Assembly (NCBI RefSeq): GCF_003334315.1
Contig: NZ_QOWR01000056.1
Direction: 5' to 3' (one strand)
Length of the DNA: 29,908 nucleotides
Source of the DNA: Escherichia coli
GTDB lineage: Bacteria; Pseudomonadota; Gammaproteobacteria; Enterobacterales; Enterobacteriaceae
The notes under the pieces: generated by a model
Told to the model about the DNA's origin: nothing
Seen by the model: the letters and a program-made list of their open reading frames with translations, nothing else
Databases searched by the model: none
Position numbers and translations under genes: made by a program
In this document: positions 1 to 8,014 of the stretch, piece by piece
Numbering within the stretch: position 1 is the first letter of the stretch
Layout: every line of letters begins with the position of its first letter

Positions 1-149
1 GGTTGAGAAGCGGTGTAAGTGAACTGCAGTTGCCATGTTTTACGGCAGTGAGAGCAGAGATAGCGCTGATGTCCGGCGGTGCTTTTGCCGTTACGCACCA
101 CCCCGTCAGTAGCTGAACAGGAGGGACAGCTGATAGAAACAGAAGCCAC
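1..149 (-). CDS. insA: IS1 InsA N-terminal part (partial, runs off the window)
   Basis: GTG start at 147..149 on the minus strand; translation [49 protein letters not shown] matches the InsA N-terminus (zinc-finger CxxC...CxxC) from recall. Confidence 0.7.
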   Translation of the reverse strand, partial: MASVSISCPSCSATDGVVRNGKSTAGHQRYLCSHCRKTWQLQFTYTASQ

Positions 150-204
150 TGGAGCACCTCAAAAACACCATCATACACTAAATCAGTAAGTTGGCATCAT
201 CACC
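1..204 (-). mobile_element. IS1 insertion sequence, left end (IRL plus start of insA), partial; continues beyond the window start
   Basis: Reverse complement of 1..204 matches the IS1 left end from recall (GGTGATG[A/C]TGCCAACTTACTGATTTAGTGTATGATGGTGTTTTTGAGGTGCTCCAGTGGCTTCT...), with one mismatch in the terminal inverted repeat. The bcsE reading frame changes character exactly at position 204/205. Confidence 0.85.
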
Positions 205-711
205 AAAAAGTGAACGGTATTCCTCAAGCAACAATGAAAATTGTTTATCGTTATTATTTCCGGGATTAATTACCAAAAGCGAACAATGGTTTAACCTGCT
301 CCATTTATTCATTTTATCCAACCATGAGCGAAGCCGCTCGGCAGGAATGTTTTGCCATGCGTTATTTGCGCAAACAAGAATAAAAAGGTAATTATGGGGA
401 TCAATAGAACACTGCAAATCACGGGTCAAATAGTATAGACCTTTTTCATGATTTAGCATTGAAAATAATTTTATTTTTTCCGGCCCTTGAGAATCATCTA
501 ATTGAAAGATTTTCGCCGGATCGCTGTCCATGCTAATGACCGCGACGTGTGCGGTTTCAGCCTGGGATGCAATTGTTTGATTCGCCAGACTGATAGCATC
601 TTCATGGCGATCGACGTTAAACCACCAGACGCCGCCTGCTGGCATATGTCGCAGCTCATCCCATAATGATGAGATACCGATAGAGAATACAGGGTCCACA
701 ATGTCCCTCAT
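205..711 (-). pseudogene. bcsE: bcsE 5' fragment (codons 1-169 of a ~523-codon gene) truncated by the IS1 insertion
   Basis: ATG at 709..711 on the minus strand; translation MRDIVDPVFSIGISSLWDELRHMPAGGVWWFNVDRHEDAISL...EEYRSLF matches the BcsE N-terminus. The six-frame ORF 178..711 continues 8 codons into IS1 (GDDANLLI) and then stops. Confidence 0.8.
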
Positions 712-983
712 GTCACCATTTTGTCTGATTATCAGTTTACTAGCGAAAGCTAAGAAATAAACCTACCATTGAAATTAAAACTTATCAGATTTAGCATGTG
801 AATCAATTTAGAAGGTCACAAGACGTGTGATTTTAGTCTTTTCGTTTTTAACTTTTTCTGTTGCGTAACGGAAAGTCAAAAAGTGAGCAAATTCCCGTCT
901 CGCCGTAAACAATAAACCGGCGAAATGCTCACGGTTAGAATTGTCTCATGAACGGTACAGTTATTTCATAGGGATCAAGCAAA

Positions 984-1172
984 ATGAATAACAATGAACC
1001 AGATACTCTGCCTGATCCCGCGATAGGCTATATCTTCCAGAATGATATTGTGGCGTTAAAGCAGGCATTTTCACTGCCTGATATTGATTATGCCGATATT
1101 TCCCAACGCGAACAGTTGGCCGCGGCATTAAAACGCTGGCCGTTGCTGGCAGAGTTTGCGCAACAAAAGTAG
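984..1172 (+). CDS. bcsR: Cellulose biosynthesis protein BcsR (YhjR), 62 aa
   Basis: ORF 984..1172, translation MNNNEPDTLPDPAIGYIFQNDIVALKQAFSLPDIDYADISQREQLAAALKRWPLLAEFAQQK; sits immediately upstream of bcsQ, divergent from bcsE. Confidence 0.85.
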   Translation: MNNNEPDTLPDPAIGYIFQNDIVALKQAFSLPDIDYADISQREQLAAALKRWPLLAEFAQQK

Positions 1173-1183
1173 GGGATTGGTGA

Positions 1184-1936
1184 ATGGCCGTACTGGGATT
1201 GCAGGGGGTGCGGGGAGGCGTGGGGACAACAACCATCACCGCCGCATTAGCCTGGTCATTACAAATGTTGGGAGAAAATGTTCTGGTGGTCGATGCCTGC
1301 CCGGACAACTTGTTGCGCCTGTCATTTAATGTTGATTTTACCCACCGTCAGGGCTGGGCCAGAGCGATGCTGGATGGCCAGGACTGGCGTGACGCTGGGT
1401 TGCGCTACACCTCGCAGCTCGATTTGCTGCCTTTTGGTCAGTTATCCATTGAAGAACAAGAAAATCCACAGCACTGGCAAACCCGGCTGAGCGATATTTG
1501 CTCCGGCTTACAGCAACTAAAAGCCAGCGGGCGTTACCAGTGGATTTTAATCGACTTACCGCGTGATGCCTCGCAGATAACCCACCAGCTGCTGAGTTTG
1601 TGCGATCACTCGCTGGCAATCGTCAATGTGGATGCCAACTGCCATATCCGACTGCATCAGCAAGCGCTGCCGGATGGCGCACATATTTTGATTAATGACT
1701 TCCGTATTGGCAGTCAGGTTCAGGACGATATTTACCAGCTTTGGTTGCAAAGCCAGCGCCGATTGCTGCCGATGCTCATTCATCGTGATGAAGCGATGGC
1801 TGAATGCCTGGCGGCTAAGCAACCAGTCGGTGAATACCGCAGTGATGCGCTGGCGGCTGAAGAGATACTGACGCTGGCGAACTGGTGCCTGTTGAACTAC
1901 TCCGGGCTGAAAACGCCAGTCGGGAGTGCATCATGA
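1184..1936 (+). CDS. bcsQ: Cellulose synthase operon protein BcsQ, ParA/MinD-family ATPase, 250 aa, intact
   Basis: ORF 1184..1936; deviant Walker A GVRGGVGTTT near the N-terminus. Codon 6 is TTG (Leu), not the TAG reported for K-12. Stop overlaps the bcsA start (ATGA). Confidence 0.9.
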   Translation: MAVLGLQGVRGGVGTTTITAALAWSLQMLGENVLVVDACPDNLLRLSFNVDFTHRQGWARAMLDGQDWRDAGLRYTSQLDLLPFGQLSIEEQENPQHWQTRLSDICSGLQQLKASGRYQWILIDLPRDASQITHQLLSLCDHSLAIVNVDANCHIRLHQQALPDGAHILINDFRIGSQVQDDIYQLWLQSQRRLLPMLIHRDEAMAECLAAKQPVGEYRSDALAAEEILTLANWCLLNYSGLKTPVGSAS

Positions 1937-4551
1937 GTATCCTGACCCGGTGGTTGCTTATCCCGCCGGTCAACGCGCGGCTTATCGGGCGTTATCGCGA
2001 TTATCGTCGTCACGGTGCGTCGGCTTTCAGCGCGACGCTCGGCTGTTTCTGGATGATCCTGGCCTGGATTTTTATTCCGCTGGAGCACCCGCGCTGGCAG
2101 CGTATTCGCGCAGAACATAAAAACCTGTATCCGCATATCAACGCCTCGCGTCCGCGTCCGCTGGACCCGGTCCGTTATCTCATTCAAACATGCTGGTTAT
2201 TGATCGGTGCATCGCGCAAAGAAACGCCGAAACCGCGCAGGCGGGCATTTTCAGGTCTGCAAAATATTCGTGGACGTTACCATCAATGGATGAACGAGCT
2301 GCCTGAGCGCGTTAGCCATAAAACACAGCATCTTGATGAGAAAAAAGAGCTCGGTCATTTGAGTGCCGGGGCGCGGCGGTTGATCCTCGGTATCATCGTC
2401 ACCTTCTCGCTGATTCTGGCGTTAATCTGCGTTACTCAACCGTTTAACCCGCTGGCGCAGTTTATCTTCCTGATGCTGCTGTGGGGTGTAGCGCTGATCG
2501 TACGGCGGATGCCGGGGCGCTTCTCGGCGCTAATGTTGATTGTGCTGTCGCTGACCGTTTCTTGCCGTTATATCTGGTGGCGTTACACCTCTACGCTGAA
2601 CTGGGACGATCCGGTCAGCCTGGTGTGCGGGCTTATTCTGCTCTTCGCTGAAACGTACGCGTGGATTGTGCTGGTGCTCGGCTACTTCCAGGTAGTATGG
2701 CCGCTGAATCGTCAGCCGGTGCCATTGCCGAAAGATATGTCGCTGTGGCCGTCGGTGGATATCTTTGTCCCGACTTACAACGAAGATCTCAACGTGGTGA
2801 AAAATACTATTTACGCCTCGCTGGGTATCGACTGGCCGAAAGACAAGCTGAACATCTGGATCCTCGATGACGGCGGTAGGGAAGAGTTTCGCCAGTTTGC
2901 GCAAAACGTGGGGGTGAAATATATCGCCCGTACCACTCATGAACATGCGAAAGCGGGCAACATCAACAATGCGCTGAAATATGCCAAAGGCGAGTTCGTG
3001 TCGATTTTCGACTGCGACCACGTACCAACGCGATCGTTCCTGCAAATGACCATGGGCTGGTTCCTGAAAGAGAAACAGCTGGCGATGATGCAGACTCCAC
3101 ACCACTTCTTCTCGCCGGACCCGTTTGAACGCAACCTGGGGCGTTTTCGTAAAACACCGAACGAAGGCACGCTGTTCTATGGTCTGGTGCAGGATGGCAA
3201 CGATATGTGGGACGCCACTTTCTTCTGCGGTTCCTGTGCGGTGATTCGTCGTAAGCCGCTGGATGAAATTGGCGGCATTGCTGTCGAAACCGTGACTGAA
3301 GATGCGCATACTTCTCTGCGTTTGCACCGTCGTGGCTATACCTCCGCGTATATGCGTATTCCGCAGGCGGCGGGGCTGGCGACCGAAAGTCTGTCGGCGC
3401 ATATCGGTCAGCGTATTCGCTGGGCGCGCGGGATGGTACAAATCTTTCGTCTCGATAACCCGCTCACCGGTAAAGGACTGAAGTTTGCTCAGCGGCTGTG
3501 CTACGTCAACGCCATGTTCCACTTCTTGTCGGGCATTCCACGGCTGATCTTCCTGACTGCGCCGCTGGCGTTCCTGCTGCTTCATGCCTACATCATCTAT
3601 GCGCCAGCGTTGATGATCGCCCTATTCGTGCTGCCGCATATGATCCATGCCAGCCTGACCAACTCCAAGATCCAGGGCAAATATCGCCACTCTTTCTGGA
3701 GTGAAATCTACGAAACGGTGCTGGCGTGGTATATCGCACCACCGACGCTGGTGGCGCTGATTAACCCGCACAAAGGCAAATTTAACGTCACCGCCAAAGG
3801 TGGACTGGTGGAAGAAGAGTACGTCGACTGGGTGATCTCGCGGCCCTACATCTTCCTTGTCCTGCTCAACCTGGTGGGCGTTGCGGTAGGCATCTGGCGC
3901 TACTTCTATGGCCCGCCAACCGAGATGCTCACCGTGGTCGTCAGTATGGTGTGGGTGTTCTACAACCTGATTGTTCTTGGCGGCGCAGTTGCGGTATCGG
4001 TAGAAAGCAAACAGGTACGCCGATCGCACCGCGTGGAGATGACGATGCCCGCGGCAATTGCCCGCGAAGATGGTCACCTCTTCTCGTGTACCGTTCAGGA
4101 TTTCTCCGACGGTGGTTTGGGGATCAAGATCAACGGTCAGGCGCAGATTCTGGAAGGGCAGAAAGTGAATCTGTTGCTTAAACGCGGTCAGCAGGAATAC
4201 GTCTTCCCGACCCAGGTGGCGCGCGTGATGGGTAATGAAGTTGGGCTGAAATTAATGCCGCTCACCACCCAGCAACATATCGATTTTGTGCAGTGTACGT
4301 TTGCCCGTGCGGATACATGGGCGCTCTGGCAGGACAGCTACCCGGAAGATAAGCCGCTGGAAAGTCTGCTGGATATTCTGAAGCTCGGCTTCCGTGGCTA
4401 CCGCCATCTGGCGGAGTTTGCGCCTTCTTCGGTGAAGGGCATATTCCGTGTGCTGACTTCTCTGGTTTCCTGGGTTGTATCGTTTATTCCGCGCCGCCCG
4501 GAGCGGAGCGAAACGGCACAACCATCGGATCAGGCTTTGGCTCAACAATGA
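1933..4551 (+). CDS. bcsA: Cellulose synthase catalytic subunit BcsA (GT2 glycosyltransferase with C-terminal PilZ domain), 872 aa
   Basis: ATG at 1933 (MSILTRWLL...) inside the longer six-frame ORF 1885..4551. GT2 motifs visible (DDG, DCD, TED, QRIRW) and PilZ c-di-GMP motifs RRSHR and DFSDGG. Length matches the K-12 protein from recall. Confidence 0.95.
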   Translation: MSILTRWLLIPPVNARLIGRYRDYRRHGASAFSATLGCFWMILAWIFIPLEHPRWQRIRAEHKNLYPHINASRPRPLDPVRYLIQTCWLLIGASRKETPKPRRRAFSGLQNIRGRYHQWMNELPERVSHKTQHLDEKKELGHLSAGARRLILGIIVTFSLILALICVTQPFNPLAQFIFLMLLWGVALIVRRMPGRFSALMLIVLSLTVSCRYIWWRYTSTLNWDDPVSLVCGLILLFAETYAWIVLVLGYFQVVWPLNRQPVPLPKDMSLWPSVDIFVPTYNEDLNVVKNTIYASLGIDWPKDKLNIWILDDGGREEFRQFAQNVGVKYIARTTHEHAKAGNINNALKYAKGEFVSIFDCDHVPTRSFLQMTMGWFLKEKQLAMMQTPHHFFSPDPFERNLGRFRKTPNEGTLFYGLVQDGNDMWDATFFCGSCAVIRRKPLDEIGGIAVETVTEDAHTSLRLHRRGYTSAYMRIPQAAGLATESLSAHIGQRIRWARGMVQIFRLDNPLTGKGLKFAQRLCYVNAMFHFLSGIPRLIFLTAPLAFLLLHAYIIYAPALMIALFVLPHMIHASLTNSKIQGKYRHSFWSEIYETVLAWYIAPPTLVALINPHKGKFNVTAKGGLVEEEYVDWVISRPYIFLVLLNLVGVAVGIWRYFYGPPTEMLTVVVSMVWVFYNLIVLGGAVAVSVESKQVRRSHRVEMTMPAAIAREDGHLFSCTVQDFSDGGLGIKINGQAQILEGQKVNLLLKRGQQEYVFPTQVARVMGNEVGLKLMPLTTQQHIDFVQCTFARADTWALWQDSYPEDKPLESLLDILKLGFRGYRHLAEFAPSSVKGIFRVLTSLVSWVVSFIPRRPERSETAQPSDQALAQQ

Positions 4552-4561
4552 TGATAACGCG

Positions 4562-6901
4562 ATGAAAAGAAAACTATTCTGGATTTGTGCAGTGGCTATG
4601 GGGATGAGTGCGTTCCCCTCTTTCATGACGCAGGCGACGCCAGCAACGCAACCACTGATCAATGCTGAGCCAGCTGTAGCCGCCCAGACGGAACAAAATC
4701 CGCAGGTGGGGCAAGTGATGCCGGGCGTGCAGGGCGCTGATGCGCCAGTCGTGGCGCAGAACGGTCCTTCGCGTGATGTGAAGCTGACCTTTGCGCAAAT
4801 TGCACCGCCGCCGGGCAGCATGGTGCTACGTGGCATTAACCCGAACGGCAGCATTGAGTTTGGTATGCGCAGCGATGAAGTGGTGACGAAGGCGATGCTC
4901 AACCTCGAATACACCCCATCGCCATCGTTACTGCCTGTCCAGTCGCAGTTAAAGGTTTATCTCAATGATGAACTGATGGGCGTGCTGCCAGTGACCAAAG
5001 AACAGTTGGGTAAAAAAACGCTGGCGCAAATGCCCATTAACCCACTGTTTATTACCGACTTCAACCGTGTACGGCTGGAGTTTGTCGGCCATTATCAGGA
5101 CGTGTGCGAAAACCCGGCCAGCACCACGCTTTGGCTGGATGTTGGGCGGAGCAGTGGACTGGATCTGACCTATCAGACCCTGAATGTGAAGAATGACCTG
5201 TCACACTTCCCGGTGCCATTCTTTGACCCGCGCGATAACCGTACTAACACCTTGCCGATGGTCTTTGCGGGTGCGCCGGATGTTGGGCTGCAACAAGCCT
5301 CTGCCATTGTCGCCTCGTGGTTTGGTTCGCGTTCTGGCTGGCGTGGGCAGAACTTCCCGGTGCTCTATAACCAACTGCCGGATCGTAATGCCATTGTCTT
5401 TGCAACCAACGACAAACGGCCGGACTTCCTGCGCGATCATCCGGCGGTAAAAGCCCCGGTGATTGAGATGATTAACCATCCGCAGAATCCTTACGTCAAA
5501 CTGCTGGTGGTGTTTGGTCGTGACGACAAAGACCTGTTGCAGGCAGCGAAAGGTATCGCTCAGGGTAACATTCTGTTCCGTGGTGAAAGCGTGGTAGTGA
5601 ATGAAGTGAAACCGCTGCTACCGCGTAAGCCGTACGATGCGCCGAACTGGGTACGTACCGATCGTCCGGTCACATTTGGCGAACTGAAAACCTATGAAGA
5701 ACAGTTACAATCCAGCGGTCTTGAGCCAGCAGCGATTAACGTTTCGCTAAACCTGCCGCCGGATCTCTACCTGATGCGCAGTACCGGCATTGATATGGAT
5801 ATTAATTACCGCTACACCATGCCGCCGGTGAAAGACAGTTCGCGGATGGATATCAGCCTGAATAACCAGTTCCTGCAATCCTTCAACCTGAGCAGCAAAC
5901 AGGAGGCGAACCGCCTGCTGCTGCGGATTCCGGTATTACAAGGTTTGCTGGATGGCAAAACAGATGTCTCTATTCCGGCGCTGAAACTGGGCGCGACCAA
6001 CCAGCTGCGCTTCGACTTTGAGTATATGAACCCGATGCCGGGCGGTTCGGTGGATAACTGTATTACCTTCCAGCCGGTGCAGAATCATGTGGTGATTGGT
6101 GACGACTCCACCATCGACTTCTCGAAGTATTACCACTTCATCCCGATGCCGGATCTACGCGCCTTTGCTAACGCGGGCTTCCCATTCAGCCGGATGGCGG
6201 ATCTGTCGCAAACCATCACCGTGATGCCGAAAGCGCCTAACGAAGCACAGATGGAAACGTTGCTGAATACTGTTGGTTTTATCGGCGCACAGACGGGCTT
6301 CCCGGCGATTAATCTGACGGTGACCGATGATGGCAGCACCATTCAGGGCAAAGATGCCGACATCATGATCATCGGTGGTATCCCGGACAAACTGAAAGAC
6401 GATAAGCAGATCGACCTATTGGTGCAGGCGACCGAAAGCTGGGTGAAAACACCGATGCGCCAGACCCCGTTCCCCGGCATTGTGCCGGACGAGAGCGATC
6501 GCGCGGCAGAAACCCGGTCAACGCTGACCTCTTCCGGTGCGATGGCGGCGGTGATTGGCTTCCAGTCGCCGTATAACGACCAGCGCAGCGTGATTGCGCT
6601 GTTGGCAGATAGCCCACGCGGTTATGAAATGCTTAACGATGCGGTGAACGATAGCGGCAAACGCGCCACCATGTTCGGTTCGGTCGCGGTGATCCGCGAG
6701 TCCGGTATCAACAGCCTACGTGTTGGCGACGTTTATTACGTAGGTCATCTGCCGTGGTTCGAGCGCGTGTGGTATGCGCTGGCAAACCATCCGATTCTGC
6801 TGGCGGTGCTGGCGGCTATCAGTGTGATATTGCTGGCATGGGTACTGTGGCGTCTGCTGCGAATTATTAGTCGTCGTCGTCTTAACCCGGATAACGAGTA
6901 A
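4562..6901 (+). CDS. bcsB: Cellulose synthase periplasmic subunit BcsB, 779 aa
   Basis: ATG at 4562 (MKRKLFWICAVAMGMSAFPSFMTQA..., signal-peptide-like) inside six-frame ORF 4475..6901; C-terminal hydrophobic anchor; 10 bp after the bcsA stop. Confidence 0.95.
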   Translation: MKRKLFWICAVAMGMSAFPSFMTQATPATQPLINAEPAVAAQTEQNPQVGQVMPGVQGADAPVVAQNGPSRDVKLTFAQIAPPPGSMVLRGINPNGSIEFGMRSDEVVTKAMLNLEYTPSPSLLPVQSQLKVYLNDELMGVLPVTKEQLGKKTLAQMPINPLFITDFNRVRLEFVGHYQDVCENPASTTLWLDVGRSSGLDLTYQTLNVKNDLSHFPVPFFDPRDNRTNTLPMVFAGAPDVGLQQASAIVASWFGSRSGWRGQNFPVLYNQLPDRNAIVFATNDKRPDFLRDHPAVKAPVIEMINHPQNPYVKLLVVFGRDDKDLLQAAKGIAQGNILFRGESVVVNEVKPLLPRKPYDAPNWVRTDRPVTFGELKTYEEQLQSSGLEPAAINVSLNLPPDLYLMRSTGIDMDINYRYTMPPVKDSSRMDISLNNQFLQSFNLSSKQEANRLLLRIPVLQGLLDGKTDVSIPALKLGATNQLRFDFEYMNPMPGGSVDNCITFQPVQNHVVIGDDSTIDFSKYYHFIPMPDLRAFANAGFPFSRMADLSQTITVMPKAPNEAQMETLLNTVGFIGAQTGFPAINLTVTDDGSTIQGKDADIMIIGGIPDKLKDDKQIDLLVQATESWVKTPMRQTPFPGIVPDESDRAAETRSTLTSSGAMAAVIGFQSPYNDQRSVIALLADSPRGYEMLNDAVNDSGKRATMFGSVAVIRESGINSLRVGDVYYVGHLPWFERVWYALANHPILLAVLAAISVILLAWVLWRLLRIISRRRLNPDNE

Positions 6902-6907
6902 TTGAAG

Positions 6908-8014
6908 ATGAATGTGTTGCGTAGTGGAATCGTGACGATGCTGCTGCTGGCTGCCTTTAGTGTTCAGGCAGCCTGTACCTGGCCTGCCTGGGAGCAGTTT
7001 AAAAAGGATTACATCAGTCAGGAAGGGCGCGTCATCGACCCCAGCGACGCGCGCAAAATCACCACCTCCGAAGGGCAAAGTTACGGTATGTTCTTTGCCC
7101 TGGCGGCTAACGACCGTGCAGCTTTCGATAATATTCTCGACTGGACGCAGAACAATCTCGCTCAGGGTTCTTTAAAAGAAGGTTTGCCCGCCTGGCTGTG
7201 GGGTAAGAAAGAGAACAGTAAGTGGGAAGTGCTGGACAGCAATTCGGCCTCCGATGGTGATGTCTGGATGGCCTGGTCATTGCTGGAGGCGGGGCGTTTG
7301 TGGAAAGAGCAGCGTTATACCGACATCGGCAGCGCGTTGCTAAAACGTATCGCGCGGGAGGAAGTGGTGACGGTGCCTGGGCTGGGTTCCATGTTGTTAC
7401 CGGGCAAAGTGGGTTTTGCTGAGGATAACAGCTGGCGTTTTAACCCCAGCTACCTGCCGCCGACGCTGGCGCAGTATTTCACCCGCTTTGGCGCGCCGTG
7501 GACTACGCTGCGCGAAACCAATCAACGTTTATTGCTGGAAACCGCCCCGAAAGGCTTTTCGCCAGACTGGGTGCGCTATGAGAAAGACAAAGGCTGGCAG
7601 CTAAAAGCCGAAAAAACATTGATCAGCAGCTACGACGCTATCCGCGTTTACATGTGGGTAGGCATGATGCCTGACAGCGATCCGCAAAAAGCGCGGATGC
7701 TCAACCGGTTTAAACCGATGGCGACATTCACTGAGAAAAACGGTTATCCGCCGGAAAAAGTGGATGTGGCTACGGGGAAAGCGCAGGGTAAAGGACCGGT
7801 CGGTTTTTCTGCCGCCATGCTGCCTTTTTTACAAAACCGCGATGCGCAGGCCGTTCAGCGCCAGCGCGTGGCCGATAACTTTCCCGGCAGCGATGCCTAT
7901 TACAACTATGTGCTGACCCTGTTTGGACAAGGCTGGGATCAACACCGTTTCCGCTTCTCGACAAAAGGTGAGTTATTACCTGACTGGGGCCAGGAATGCG
8001 TAAATTCACACTAA
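6908..8014 (+). CDS. bcsZ: Endo-1,4-beta-glucanase BcsZ (GH8 family), 368 aa
   Basis: ATG at 6908 ([21 protein letters not shown], signal peptide); the track ORF starts 2 codons earlier at a TTG. Length matches K-12 BcsZ from recall. Confidence 0.9.
   Translation: MNVLRSGIVTMLLLAAFSVQAACTWPAWEQFKKDYISQEGRVIDPSDARKITTSEGQSYGMFFALAANDRAAFDNILDWTQNNLAQGSLKEGLPAWLWGKKENSKWEVLDSNSASDGDVWMAWSLLEAGRLWKEQRYTDIGSALLKRIAREEVVTVPGLGSMLLPGKVGFAEDNSWRFNPSYLPPTLAQYFTRFGAPWTTLRETNQRLLLETAPKGFSPDWVRYEKDKGWQLKAEKTLISSYDAIRVYMWVGMMPDSDPQKARMLNRFKPMATFTEKNGYPPEKVDVATGKAQGKGPVGFSAAMLPFLQNRDAQAVQRQRVADNFPGSDAYYNYVLTLFGQGWDQHRFRFSTKGELLPDWGQECVNSH

Noticed and set aside
191-391. 66-aa plus-strand ORF across the IS1/bcsE junction
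   Set aside because: Runs from the IS1 terminal repeat across the junction on the antisense strand of bcsE; a chance ORF created by the insertion, with no ribosome-binding site.
2530-3585. 351-aa ORF on the minus strand inside bcsA
   Set aside because: Entirely antisense to a strongly supported, conserved coding region; low-complexity R/Q/H-rich translation typical of antisense frames in GC-rich genes; no ribosome-binding-site context.
1885-4551. Extended upstream starts for bcsA (1885), bcsB (4475), pdeH (17937) and yhjC (24827)
   Set aside because: Each extension overlaps the preceding gene or promoter and adds residues not present in the remembered reference proteins; the internal ATG starts match the expected lengths. 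The yhjC and yhjG starts remain somewhat uncertain.
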